Positions 48,030 through 62,020 of a stretch of DNA of 64,000 nt are shown in pieces; within the stretch, counting starts at the first letter, position 1; each line of letters begins with the position of its first letter. The DNA comes from Eledone cirrhosa (taxonomy: Eukaryota). The translations under genes and the position numbers were made by a program. The stretch spans positions 34,286,001-34,350,000 of the forward strand of contig OZ024753.1 of the NCBI GenBank assembly GCA_964016885.1, read 5' to 3'. The notes below the pieces were generated by a model, which was not told the origin of the DNA, did no database searches, and saw only the letters and a program-made list of their open reading frames with translations.

Positions 48030-48579
48030 TATTTTGAGAATAAACTCTCAGTCGTTTACAATAATTAAGCTCCAGGAAGGGGCTCTTCCGAGCAGTTAAA
48101 TACATTTAAAATATATGATAAACACGAAATGTGTTTATATTGCAACAGACAAAGTTAGCTATTAATGAAATAAACTAATTAAAGTGAATACAATTTGTCT
48201 GTCTCGATATAAGTCAATAAAGACAAGCTTATATTGGCAACGGCCATGATTCCTGGACAGATTTAAATTTCAAAATTCAAACCTGTTCTGTAGACGAATT
48301 TGAATCTCGAAACCCAAATAAGTTTCGCAACGGTGGAATGTGAATTGAAAAATAAAGAGAATCGAAATGGAATAGAAATAAAAGAGTGAAATATCCAAAT
48401 CTTCTGTGCTTATCAACAGGAATCCAGTAAAATTAGTATATCTCAATATAAGCTTGTCTTTATTGACTTATATCGAGACAGACAAATTGTATTCACTTTA
48501 ATTAGTTTATTTCATTAATAGCTAACTTTGTCTGTTGCAATATAAACACATTTCGTGTTTATCATATATTTTAAATGTA
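48030..48579. mobile_element. Family C fold-back cassette
   Basis: ~136-bp inverted arms at 48101-48236 and 48444-48579; HHR in the spacer; one-sided tail 48030-48100; (TA)n flanks. Confidence 0.72.
48248..48424 (-). ncRNA. Extended type I hammerhead, U3:A8 core variant
   Basis: - strand: GAUUCCUG-UUGAUAA-GCA(~77 nt)UGC-GAAAC(~63 nt)GUC/CAGGAAUC; 8-bp stem I. Confidence 0.72.
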
Positions 48580-48754
48580 TATATATATATATGTAGAAGT
48601 TATATTTAATTTGTTCGGATACAACAAGCACATATTTTTATAACTGATATAAAGCACTCAACAAATTATTGGAGTAAAAATACGATATATTAACAAATGG
48701 AAACTATATTTATAAAACCATATTTATTTCAATATATATATATATATATATATA

Positions 48755-48968
48755 TAGGAAAATGTATGACCCTGACGGCAGAGCTCAAGCCGTTTCGACG
48801 GCTATTTATGGACTAAATTCTGACTGAATTTAGTCCAGAAATAGCCGTGGAAACGGCTTGAGCTCTGCCTTCGGGGTCATACATTTTCCTATTACCCACT
48901 CTACTACCCTAAGTATTGAGTACTCTGGTGCGTTATGGTTCATCTGGTTCCTTACCATAACTCCTTCG
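48755..48968. mobile_element. Family B fold-back cassette
   Basis: Arms 48755-48820 and 48826-48892, plus tail. Confidence 0.72.
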
Positions 48969-49037
<69 letters not shown>

Positions 49038-49243
49038 GTAATGAGTTCTTTTACAATGAAAATAGCTCAAAGAAAGAAATATTTCTGAGCCGTGTAAAAC
49101 ATTTAAATATAAATTAATATATATGATGAAACACAAATACCAACATATCTGCATTTATATTGCAAAAGAAATTTAGTTAGTAAACCCTGTGCGTTAAACA
49201 GTCTTTTAAAATATTTAGAAGTGAAGCATATCAATTTGTTCGG

Positions 49244-49371
49244 GATGTTTACTGAAGAGAGCTGGACAAGATATCCTTACACTTATTTATCTCGAAACAT
49301 TTTTGGATTTTAAAGTTTAAACTTATCTACGGAACAGGTTTGATTTTGAAATTTAAATGTGTCTAAACATC
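49244..49371 (+). ncRNA. Extended type I hammerhead (family C relative, canonical core)
   Basis: GAUGUUUA-CUGAAGA-GAG(29 nt)CUC-GAAACAU(..)GUGUC/UAAACAUC; 8-bp stem I, GUC triplet; lies within cassette ~49032-49465. Confidence 0.78.
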
Positions 49372-49462
49372 ACGGCCATTTGGCAATACTGTTTGTCTTT
49401 GTTGATTTATTATTTTAAATCGATATAGGCAGGCTGTAATATTATAATTAGTATATTTCATT

Positions 49463-49897
<435 letters not shown>

Positions 49898-50266
49898 ATA
49901 TATAAGTTAAAACAATGAAATAAAAATTCAAGTCATTAGGAATATACTTCACTGCTTTACGATCTTTTCTAGGTGACAATAATACATCGTACGCATATTT
50001 CGTTATCGATCTATGTAAGGTTAGTTACAAAATATCAAATAAGGAATATATTTACTTACGTGTATATTGTCAGCCGTTGTCAAAAGCTATATATATATAT
50101 ATATCTGTTCACATGCCAACACAAGAGAAAGAATGAAGTGTTCATTCTACTGACATGGCTATAAAATTGAGGCTTGTTTGCATAATTGCAAACGAATCGA
50201 ATGTTATTAATATTCGAAAAACTCAGATTACATTTATTGTATTCAGCCATGAGGAGCGAAAATGTT

Positions 50267-50318
<52 letters not shown>

Positions 50319-50323
<5 letters not shown>

Positions 50324-50641
50324 ATACTTTGAGAGGGTCATATTGCCAATAATAAACACACGCACCAGTTGCTTTCACTCCAATTTATTATAAATTAAAT
50401 TTATAAATTTAAGAATTTATAAATTTCCGGTTGGTTGGTTCCACAACCAGATGATTGTTAATATATTGTCAAAGTTCTTTCGTCACACATTCTGTGACCT
50501 CTTCACTGACTGGGGATTCTTTTCTTAGTTTTTGTGCCTCTCCTTTGTTCTGTCTTACGCCATCTTAGCGTAGGACAAGATGGCGTAGGACAGAACAAAG
50601 GAGAGGCACAATAAGATATCAGTGACTGATATCTTATTGTG
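50319..50641 (-). mobile_element. Family A cassette with mutated HHR (50468-50511) and serial terminal hairpins
   Basis: Homologous to 141-395; core reads GUGAAGA (C3 to G). Confidence 0.7.
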
Positions 50642-50800
50642 TCTTTTAATTGTGATTTTAAGATGTGGGTTCGTGTCTCATGTACGTCAATATTGGACCT
50701 TTTTTCCATTCAGAGGGTTTTTTAAAAATCCCAACTAACTGACTTATTCCATGTAGTCAAATACGGCGTAAGCACATGTTACTACCCCCCCCCCCCCCCC

Positions 50801-50881
<81 letters not shown>

Positions 50882-50884
<3 letters not shown>

Positions 50885-51027
50885 GGAATTGTGGTAAGGA
50901 ACCAGATGGACCATAACGCACCAGAGTACTCAATACTTAGGGTAGTAGAGTGGGAAATAGGAAAAAGTATGACCCCGACGGCATAGCTGTCGCCGGCTTG
51001 AGCTCTGCCGTCGGGGTCATACTTTTT

Positions 51028-51031
<4 letters not shown>
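50882..51031. mobile_element. Family B fold-back cassette (reverse orientation)
   Basis: Long arm 50882-50986 (-), short arm 50994-51031 (+). Confidence 0.7.
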
Positions 51032-51102
<71 letters not shown>

Positions 51103-51176
51103 TGAAGTAAAAGTTAAATGGAAATATCCGAGAGTAAGAGCACTCAGTCCATAGGACGAGTTTAGTATAAATAATT

Positions 51177-51364
51177 GTTTCTACTTTAGGCACAAGGCGA
51201 GCAATTACCCAGTGCATTACTGGTACTTTATTTTATCGACCCCGTAAGGATGAAAGGCAAAGTCAAAGTCAACCTCGGCGGGATTTGAACTCAGATAGTA
51301 AAGGGACGTAACTATGCTGGAAAGCATGGCGTCCGACCCTCCATCGATACTGCCAATCCACCGC
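51177..51364 (-). mobile_element. Family-1 SINE with 20-bp TSD
   Basis: CGAGTTTAGTATAAATAATT at 51157-51176 and 51365-51384. Confidence 0.88.
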
Positions 51365-51399
51365 CGAGTTTAGTATAAATAATTATAACATTGACATAA

Positions 51400-51449
51400 A
51401 CAGGAACTCAAGTTTCGTTGGGTTCTGGGCCCCAATTTCTTCAGCCTGT
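51400..51449 (-). ncRNA. Minimal type I hammerhead (slightly decayed)
   Basis: - strand: ACAGG-CUGAAGA-aaUUGGG(gcccagaa)CCCAAc-GAA-ACU(ug)AGU-U/CCUGU. Confidence 0.65.
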
Positions 51450-51709
51450 CATCCTGAAGAAATTGGGGCCCAGAGAGGAGAGAGGGAGAATCAGTGATGG
51501 TGATGTGGTGGTTTGTTTACATCTACATCACTAATCTCTCCTATTGCAGCTTTATAAGTTCCAATAATAACTTCTGAAGCAACAATAGTTTCCTTTTCCT
51601 ATAGATTTATTTCCCCATAATTGTTTTTAATAATGCATATTTCTTTTAAAAATTTTGTAAAGATACGTTTTCAAATGTACAGATTACGGTAATCTTTATA
51701 AAATTAAAA

Positions 51710-51764
51710 TTATATATATATATATATATATACATTATGTATATATATATATATATATATTACA

Positions 51765-51803
<39 letters not shown>

Positions 51804-51960
51804 GTACATTATATATATTATATATATATATTATATATGTACATTATATATTATATATATATATATATATTATATATGTACATTATATATATATATATAT
51901 ATATATTATATATGTACATTATATATATTATATATATATATATATATTATATATGTACAT

Positions 51961-51994
<34 letters not shown>

Positions 51995-52218
51995 GTACAT
52001 TATATATATATATATATATATATTATATATGTACATTATATATATTATATATATATATATATATTATATATGTACATTATATATATATATATATATATAT
52101 TATATATGTACATTATATATATTATATATATATATATATGTACATTATATATATTATATATATATATATATGTACATTATATATATTATATATATATATA
52201 TATTATATATGTACATTA

Positions 52219-52257
<39 letters not shown>

Positions 52258-52312
52258 GTACATTATATATATATATTATATATATATATATATTATATAT
52301 GTACATTATATA

Positions 52313-52388
<76 letters not shown>

Positions 52389-52546
52389 GTACATTATATA
52401 TATATAATATATATATATATACATATACATTATATATGTACACTATATATATATAATATATATATATTATATATGTACATTATATATATATATATTATAT
52501 ATGTAAATTATATATATATTATATATATATATATATATATAATATA
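51710..52546. repeat. (TA)n-derived satellite with TATGTACATTA units
   Basis: Direct inspection. Confidence 0.9.
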
Positions 52547-52627
52547 GTCTATCCAGGAAGCTCCAACCGTTAAGGTTGTCTTTTTTCAGGCTATGTCAAT
52601 ATTTATTTATAAAACTAATCTGTATTG

Positions 52628-52693
52628 TATTTTATCTGATGAAAGCGCACCATAATTTGCCTTGGTGGCCCTTGAAATATGTATAATAAAATA
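52628..52693 (+). ncRNA. Minimal type I hammerhead (family D cassette 52547-52737)
   Basis: UAUUUUAU-CUGAUGA-AAGcGCACCA(10 nt)UGGUGgCcCUU-GAA-AUA(ug)UAU-A/AUAAAAUA; 8-bp stem I. Confidence 0.8.
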
Positions 52694-52731
52694 AATATGG
52701 TTTTATAAATATAGTTTCTATTTGTTAATAT

Positions 52732-52784
<53 letters not shown>

Positions 52785-52858
52785 GAAGCCTTTAAGAAGA
52801 TTTAACTTCTTTTTCCTGTCTTTTTATTCGTGTCGGATACATAAAAAATCCTTACTTT

Positions 52859-52892
<34 letters not shown>

Positions 52893-54398
52893 TATATATA
52901 TATATTTATATATTTATATATACATATATCTATATATATTTTATTATCTTTATTTATACATGCATGTATCATGCACACACACACATATGCATGTATATAT
53001 ACACACACGCGTATATTATACTTTTTTCCCCAGATATGCTTTCGAATGTGCAAATTGCGATTACATTAATAACATTACAGCATTAAAAAATTCTTTTTAT
53101 TGCTGTTGTGTTTCTTAATTGAGAAAGTGTAACGTTAAGGGCGGTAGATTGACAGTATCGTCCCTTTACGATCTGTGTTCGAATTCTACCAAAGTTAGTT
53201 TTACCTTTCATCCTTCCAGGGTCGATAAAATAAAGTACCAGTGTCGATAAAATAAAGTACTGGGGTTGATAAAATAAAGTACCAGTAACGTACTGGAGTC
53301 GATGTAAGCGACTTTCCTCTTCCCAAAAATTGTTGGCCTTGTGTCTCAATCAGAAATGATTATATTGAGCAATGTTCGATTAAAAGGTAATCATACAGGT
53401 AGGTAGCTTATTCCTCTACCGTTAATAGGAACAATTTATGAAACAGGTGATCCTAATGAAGCGAAAGCTAGGTTTACATTGGTGAAAGTAAAACCAAGAA
53501 CAGTCAAGATTGTTATAAAAATCAACTGTGAAACAAAATTATCAAGGTAGTGTATATGTTATACCATTTGGAAAAGAAAGAGTTTTCTAGATTTCGAGCA
53601 CAAAGCCTTTCTCAAGGGAAAGAACAACAAAATAACGATACTAGTAATAAAAATGAAAGAGATAGAAAAAAATCAAACACTTTGAATGTGTCATAGAACA
53701 GAAATTGTTTGCAAATGGCTAAACAGAAGTAAGTGAATACACAAAGGTAAGTAGGAGAAAAGGAAGATAAATAGAAGAGAAAAAGAGAGTGTGTGTATGT
53801 GTGTAAAGTGTGTGTGTGTGTGAAGGAGAGAGTGTGTATGTGTGAGAGAGTGAGAAAGTAAGAAATGGCTCTGTAGTAGAGAGACAGAGAACAAATAAGC
53901 AATGAACATCTTAATATAAAAAAAGAGTAAGTTTGTGTGACTACATCAGCAGTGTTTATATGTAGAAGATCCAGGGTGAAAGTATCAATGGAAAGGTAAT
54001 TGATTATTAATGTAGGCGGCAACAGACGTCCTCATATGAAGCACAGCGGAAAACGTGCTTCATTAGATAATTAAAACACGAAGTATTGAAGAAAATAAAA
54101 CCTGTCAAAGCTTTTGGTTGTGTGAATACATATTTTAGTTTGGTTACAGTTCTGTCCTTAAAATGACCTCAATATTTCTTTCTAATTTAGACACAAGGTC
54201 AGCTTCCTTTTTGCATTACATACACACACACGGATATATATATATATATATAGAGATATAAAAGATACAGAAGCGAAACCAACCAAACAGTGAGTGTGTT
54301 CTGTTATTATTTCTGGCAATATTATTACAACAATATGACCCTCCCCAAGTATAACAATATTTATTTCGACACACTATTTCATATCAAAAACCTCGCAA

Positions 54399-54464
<66 letters not shown>

Positions 54465-54596
54465 GATAGCTACGGCTTTCTAAATGTTCACCTGTAAACA
54501 TACCATGTTTCTTTAGAAATACGAAATTTCTATATATATCAGTATACAGCTATGCCTGAAGCTTAATCTTAATTCTATTCTCTCTCTCCCTCTCTC

Positions 54597-54655
<59 letters not shown>

Positions 54656-55874
54656 CAATTTCAGAATAAGTTTTTATTTATTGATGAGTGGCAGGAGTTG
54701 GAACAGAGCCAATGAGAATTAAAAAATATTTTTTTCAACTAAATTCCTATCTGACACTATCTCCAATATACGAAATAATGAAGAAGTTTCCAGAAAACCC
54801 TTATTAAGAATGGTAAAACATTAATAATGTAGATGCGATATTTTTCTACTATGAATTTCTCTTTTGGCGAAAACTTAAGTAAAAAAAAAAAATTTTTGTA
54901 AACGTTGTTAATTCCTTCGAAAAGATGATAGTTTATCAAATAAGTACACATTGTAATCTTACAGCATATAGTTACGTTCCTTAATGTTCTGAGTTCAAAT
55001 CCTTCCGTGGTTAACTTTACCTTTCATCCTCATTGGAACTTTGTTTTATCGATCCCGTAACGCACTGGGGTTGATTTAATCGATTTTCCCCTCCTCTCCA
55101 GAATTGTTGGTCTTGTGTCTAAATCAGAAACAATTATCTAAAACGAGTTAGCAAGATAAAATATCTAAGCAATGTTAGCTTATTATTTTGGCAGTATCAG
55201 TAGAGCATCAGTCACCATGCTTTACAACATAGAGTTATGACCCTTTACGTTCTGCGTTCAAATCCTGCCGAGGTTAACATTGCTTCCCATCCTTCCGGGA
55301 TCGATAAGATAAAGTACCAGTAATGCACTGGGATAATTGCCAGACTTGTGCCAAAAGTAGAAACAATTATTTCATTAGTTTCAGTCACCACACTGGGCCA
55401 CCATCTTGAAGAGATTTCGTCAATAATATCGACCACATTACCTATACTTTCAAATGTGATACAAATACTATTGATCTCATTTGTCGAAAGAGTTAGCATA
55501 AACAATCAAAGGTACACGCACACACACATATCTATGATGGGCTTCCGCACAGTTTCCATCTACCAAATTTCACTCACAAGGTATTGGTTAATACGAGCCA
55601 ATAGAAGAAAGCACTCGACTCGACCAACGTAGCATGCAGTGTGACTGAACCTGAAACCACTGGTTGCCTTAACCACACAACCAAGCCTGCGCCTATATAT
55701 TTATATCTCTAAAGTGGATGTGTGTTTGTATTTGTCTGTGCGAAGGGGGTCTATGTGTTTGCACCGTATTTGACACTTGATCAATGAGAGATGGTTGAAA
55801 GAAAAGATCTGAACTCAGAACATAGAGAAGTAAAAGAAACAACAACAAAAAGTATCTCTAGGTTTGACGTGTTT

Positions 55875-55952
<78 letters not shown>

Positions 55953-56107
55953 ATATAAGAAGCAAAGAAAATTTCAATGATACTAAAGATTTCCTGGTGG
56001 AAGTTCAGGTGCACTCCGGGTTGGTAAATCTTAATTCTATTCTCTCTCTCCCGGGGTGAAAATCCAATTAGAAAATCCAACGAATTTTTAGAGATCCACG
56101 TAAGCGT

Positions 56108-56157
<50 letters not shown>

Positions 56158-56652
56158 CTAAAAGGTAAACATAAATAACAACACAATCGGTACAGTGTAT
56201 ATATATACAATAAAGTATGCCCATAGAATCATTTGATAAGATATATACACCATCTCCTCTCCCAATCAGCATAATCAACCACACAAAAAAATAATTAAAC
56301 CAGGCTATAAGATTAAAAGGCACCTATGAAGAAATAATAGATAAATAAACGACAGCCATCTATTCGCGATCAACAGCTATAAAATATTTACCCAGCATTT
56401 CAATAGCACGTGGAAATCGATTAAATATATCAACCATACACAATTAGGTATAAAATTAAAGTTAGAAGAAAAAATGTATATAAACATACCAAGATTACGT
56501 TTCTATATATATATATCCAGGGAGTGTAACTTGGAGTTACTGTAGGTTCCCCCGAGTGAGCACTCGGTGTTTAGGTTCACTTTATTGTCGAGGTGTAGAG
56601 CTAGACAGAGTGTATTATAGTAAAATAATCATTTTTTTCATTACCATTATAA

Positions 56653-56739
56653 GGGGTCTGACGAGCTGTGGATTGCAGAGTCGGGCTAGATCGATACAGA
56701 TCGAACCTTGGGCTGATCAGTGGCGAAACGCGCACCACC
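56653..56739 (+). ncRNA. Degenerate type I hammerhead in a (TA)n-flanked cassette 56517-56790
   Basis: GGGGU-CUGACGA-GC..GC-GAAACGCG[-]C-ACCACC followed by AATAAA; U16.1 appears deleted. Confidence 0.5.
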
Positions 56740-56786
56740 AACCAATAAACGTAATGAAGGAGTAACCACTCGTCCTTGTTTTATTT

Positions 56787-56821
<35 letters not shown>

Positions 56822-58076
56822 TTTTTTTTCAGAACAAACATTTTCCTGTCCACAATGAAGTATTTTGAGTATTCTAATATTAAGTATATTCTAGGATTTT
56901 CCAATAAATACGTATATACTTGAACATGTAAACTTTTGCAACAGATGAAGAAACTAAAATAAAATAGAAGAGAGTTAAATGTAAAAGTGTTATATGATAA
57001 AGGTATTCTTCATGTAACACGATAAGAGTGCACGAAACGTAACATATAGGACATTTTTATGTTACCTCAATAGGATATACAATGGCTTACTGATAGATAA
57101 AAAAAGAAAACCAAATGAAACGAAGCAAACAAAAAAAAAATGTAAAACATAGCTACTTTATTACAAAATGTAAGATGAATCCCACATAACGAGTCATTAT
57201 TACATCGAGTTCGATCAATTGCAATCAATAAATGTATTTTGAATGCATGATAAATTCAGGAAGAAAAGCAAATGCAGAAAGAAAAATAAGATTTCAAAGA
57301 TAAGGAAATGAAGCAATTCAATAGGGAAATTGAAGAAGATCGATTTCAAAGGATTGAATAAAAACTATAAAAATCAAGTTGTGTTATTGTTTAATTGGCG
57401 CTCATAAACAAATTGTTGGAAGAACAATCTAGATACATTGACACAAACAAAGCTCACCCGAACACACAAAAACACACACACATACACACACAAAAACAGA
57501 CATCAGACATACACACATACACACACAAAAACAGACATACACATATTCATACAAAACCAGACATACACATACATACACACTGACATACACACAAAAACAC
57601 AGACATACACACATACACACAAAAACACAGACATACAAAAACACACACATACAGACATACACACTTAACATTTATACAAATTTATTTGTTGTTTGTTTTA
57701 AACTTTCTATTTAGCTAGTAATAACATGAGAGTAGTTGTAAAATTGCAATTAACGCACGAAATTAATTAATCAAACATCCATATTCGAGAAAGAATCAGA
57801 GTAGCAACTGATTTGGTAAAGTTGAAACCTTTAATGAAGGGATGAAATTAATAGTAATTACCCCCCCCCCCCCAAAAAAAAAATAAAATAAAAGGAAATT
57901 CTAAAAACAAAACAAAACAAAAGCAAATCAATTATTCCCTCTTGAATATCTTTACATAAACACACTAGTGTGTAAATACAACAAGTAGAATGTTCGAGAA
58001 AGAAAAACGATGATTAAACCCATTCCAGTTAGAAACGATACAAGTAGAAGGTCGATGATTGTATAATGGTATTATA

Positions 58077-59122
58077 TTGGCAGTATCGGTAGAGGGTCGG
58101 ACGCCATGCTTTACGGCATAGAGTTACGGCCCTTGCCATTCTGAGTTCAAATCCTGTCGAGGTTAACTTTGCCTTTCATCCTTACGGGGTCGATAAAATA
58201 AAGTACCAGTAATGTACTGGGATAATTGCTGGTCTTGTGCCAAAAGTAGAAACAATTATATAACACATTGTATTATATAATTGTTACTGATATAGGCACA
58301 AGGCCAGCAATTAACCAGTACATTACTGGTACTTTATTTTATCGACCCCGTAAGGATGAAAAAGGCAAAGTTAACCTCGGTGGAATTTTAACTCAGATCA
58401 GATCACAAAGGGCTGTAACTCTATGCTGCAAAGCATGATGTCCGACCCTCTACCGATACTGCCAATCCACCGCCCTCACATTGTATTATATAATACAAGG
58501 GCGGTGAACTGGCAGAATCGGTAGAGCGTCGAGCACCCAGCTTCGCAGCATACAGTTACGGCCCTTTTACATACTGAGTTCAAATCCTGTCGAGGTTAAC
58601 TTTGCTTTGCATCTTTACGGGGTCGATAAATTAAAGTACCAGTCATGCACTGGGGTAGATTTAATCCGCGAAAAGTGCTGGCCTTGTACCTATTTCAGTA
58701 ACCATTATATAATACATTGTAAGGGTGGTAGATTGGTAAAATTGCTAGAACATCAGTATTCAGTCCGACCCTACGTTCTGAGTTCAAATCTCAGCGAGGT
58801 CAACGTTGCCTTTCATCTTTTCGAGGTCGATAAGATAACGTACGAATCAAGTACTGGATCGATTTAATCGACTAGTCCTTCCACTAAATGGCTGGCCTTG
58901 TGATGATTAAATAAAAAATAAACCGTTATTTAACTAATTATATAATTTTCACTCAGAACGTTACGACCTTTTACGTTCTGAGTTCAAAACCCACCGAAGG
59001 GTGCCTTGTCTTTCATCCTAACGGGGTAGATGAAATAAAGCACCGGTAATGCACCAGGGTCGATTTAATTGTCTCCCCCACCCCTAAATTTGTTGGCTTT
59101 GTGCCTAAATTAGAAACCATTA
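58077..59122. mobile_element. Cluster of five family-1 SINEs (+,-,+,+,+)
   Basis: The - copy at 58282-58476 has an 18-bp TSD, CACATTGTATTATATAAT. Confidence 0.85.
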
Positions 59123-59382
59123 TATAATTAATACAATGTATTATTCAACACATTCATATTCATTGGTGTTAAACAGCCTGGCAACTTCATGTAATAAAAT
59201 AACTTTATGGATCACATCTTTGTGTTTTTTTATTTGTTAATTGTGTTAAGTCTGTGACAGGCGAGCATTGTCGCCTCCATAACCAGAGTGAATAGTTGGA
59301 TTGCAAATGACTTAATAAAGTTAGAAATAAAAATGTTATTCTCTGAACAGGTCGGATTCGAAAATTATTATTTCAAATTAAT

Positions 59383-59568
59383 TGTTTCTACTTTAGGCAC
59401 AAGGCCAGCAATTACCCAGTGCATTACTGGTACTTTATTTTATCGACCCCGTAAGGATGAAAGGCAAAGTCAACCTCGGCGGGATTTGAACTCAGATCGT
59501 AAAGGGACGTAACTATGCTGGAAAGCATGGCGTCCGACCCTCTACCGATACTGCCAATCCACCGCCCT
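59383..59568 (-). mobile_element. Young family-1 SINE with 19-bp TSD
   Basis: ATTATTATTTCAAATTAAT at 59364-59382 and 59569-59587. Confidence 0.9.
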
Positions 59569-60114
59569 ATTATTATTTCAAATTAATGCCTGCCACTTTG
59601 GTACTCAGGCATTTTAGATTATGTCCTTTGACTAATGACAGCTAATTCTGGAAAGTTAATTGGAGATTTAATAAAGCTTGGCATATGATGGAATATTTGA
59701 AAGGATTGCTTCCGTCACTCACTAAATTGCCGTCTGTATAGCTGCCATAGGCGTGTAGCAGCTTATTAGAACAACCAGACTATCAAAAGATTATAAACTG
59801 CTCAAGATTAAGCAGACCAACGAACATTCTAATCATTCACCTCAATCGAACAAACTACAGCATACATACATTTGTGATGAAATAAATGTTGAAAGAAGCA
59901 GCATTGTAGACAAAATGCCAGCGTCTATCTCCAGGTCAATAATAATAGGTAAATGAGACACAGTCTAGTCTCTAGTCTGTCTCAATCCAGGAGGTTAGTA
60001 AAGCCGGTGTTTATCTCAGCTTCGTGGCGTTAAGCGTCTGAGAGTTCAAGACTCTCCCTTGGGCAGGACACCAGTCAATCGCAGAGATAAACACCGCGGC
60101 ATTATGATCGTAAG

Positions 60115-60466
60115 AGTAGAGAGGGAAGTGCTCTCTTCCCAGCATTTTGTTGAAAGATGGGTGAGAGAAGCAAGAATGGCCCGAGTGAATGGGCCTACTC
60201 TGAGTATATATCTGTAAATTAAAGGTGGAAAACTGGGAGAGGGCACTTGCCTTGGTGGTCAGGGTCATTGTGGCCTTTTACTGGGCTTTCTCCACAAATG
60301 TCCCTCCGAAGTCTCCCCCCTATTGGGGAATTTTGCATTGTTATTTTTTGTTACATCCTCTGTTTTTGTTTTTTACACGCAGAAATGCCCATTTGTACCG
60401 TCCTGTATTGTCCTGCACTGTCCTTAATGTCTACTTTATGTAAACCCTTGTGGTTAATAAAGAAAT
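60115..60466 (+). mobile_element. 5'-truncated L1/Tx1-like LINE 3' end with 15-bp TSD
   Basis: VEREVLSSQHFVERWV..L*, then 3' UTR with AATAAA; TSD CATTATGATCGTAAG at 60100 and 60467; second copy at ~60870-61185 (-). Confidence 0.65.
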
Positions 60467-61344
60467 CATTATGATCGTAAGTCCCAAAACATTACCACTA
60501 GGCCACAAGCCTCCACATAAACGAAACACAGCTAGTTAGTATTTGGAAATTCCTCAATAATTTCAATGCAAGTGTCTGCCCAAATACACTGACCCTGATA
60601 GGTTGTTTAAACAAAAGGTTGTAATACGATTTTATATATATCCGAGAGGCTAAGATCGCATCTAAGGATTACTGAGTGATGGCGGAAACTTATAATAATT
60701 GTTTCTACTTTTGGCACAAGGCCAGCAATTATCCCAGTGCATTACTGGTACTTTATTTTATCGACCCCGTAAGGGTCCATAACATTTTATGGACCCCCAA
60801 ATATCACGTTATAATAAGGTTGCAAGATATTTGCGGAAAAGACTTCTACTTTAGTTTTTGTTATCGCATAATAATAATAATAATAATAATAATGTTTTCT
60901 TTATTAACCACAAGGGTTTACATAAAGTAGACATTAAGGACAGTACAGGACAATACAGGACGGTACAAATGGGCATTTCTGCGTGTAAAAAAAACAGAGG
61001 ATGAAATAAAATAACAAAGAAAAATTCTCCAATAGGGGGGAGACTTCCGAGGGACATTTGTGGAGAAAGCCCATTAAAAGACCTCAGTGGCCCTGACCAC
61101 CAGGGCAAGTGCCCTCTCCCAGTTTTCCACCTTTAATTTACAGACACATACTCATTCGGGCCATACTTGCTTCTCTCACCCATTAATAATAATCACAATG
61201 GTAATAATATGTAAATACATACACACATGAGTGTGTGCGCACACTAACAATTTGTACCGAGACACACAATCACACAAACACACACTTCTGTACCTACATG
61301 AGTAGACATGAGTGAATCAACAAGTTTCTACACACCACATACAA

Positions 61345-61379
<35 letters not shown>

Positions 61380-61765
61380 CTTCACAGAACTTATGTTTAC
61401 CGAATTCGCAGACCAGACCCCTTCTTCCTCCCGTTAGACCTGTGCGAAATTCCTTCCTTGCTCACATTTCAACCAGGTTTGATGGTCTTTATTCTCTCGT
61501 TCACGATTCCACCGAATTTATATTCATAGAAATCTGGGACTTGTTTCTTTCTTCTTCATCACTTTCTGCTGCTTAAACCATTTTGTTTGTTTACCCTAGC
61601 GTCCCCTTTATTTACGTGTCCCAACGACTTTTTTTAGCCGTTGCTCGCACCAACCTGAGGTATATGGCCTTTAATGCGACGAAATGCCTACGACGGTTGG
61701 AAGGCCACTGGTGAGGACAAACTTTTTCATATGTAACCCATTTGCAGAGCCGCAGCTCCATTATT

Positions 61766-61768
<3 letters not shown>
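61380..61768 (+). mobile_element. (TA)n-embedded repeat, family F, second copy
   Basis: Homologous to 47613-47997 (-). Confidence 0.6.
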
Positions 61769-61798
<30 letters not shown>

Positions 61799-61801
<3 letters not shown>

Positions 61802-62020
61802 CAAGTCGGTCTGTGTGTGTCTGTCTGTGTACAAATACTAGGCTCCTTTTAACTTTTGAAGTACAAGGCCGATTTCAACCAAATTTGGCACACTTATTGC
61901 TTATATGCTAGAGAAGGTTTTGGACAAAAACAAATTTGAAAATAAAATCGATATTGAGTGTGTATCTGTCTGTGTACAAATACTAGGCTCCTTTTAACTT
62001 TTGAAGTACTAGGCCGATTT
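61799..62020 (+). mobile_element. Possible non-autonomous Helitron/Helentron-like 5' fragment
   Basis: (GTCT/GTGT) microsatellite followed by CCGATTTCAACCAAATTTGGCACA; internal ~60-bp duplication. Confidence 0.35.

Noticed and set aside
54672-54730. TTGATGA-GTGGC..GCCA-GAGA relic
   Set aside because: Several core mismatches; too degenerate to call.
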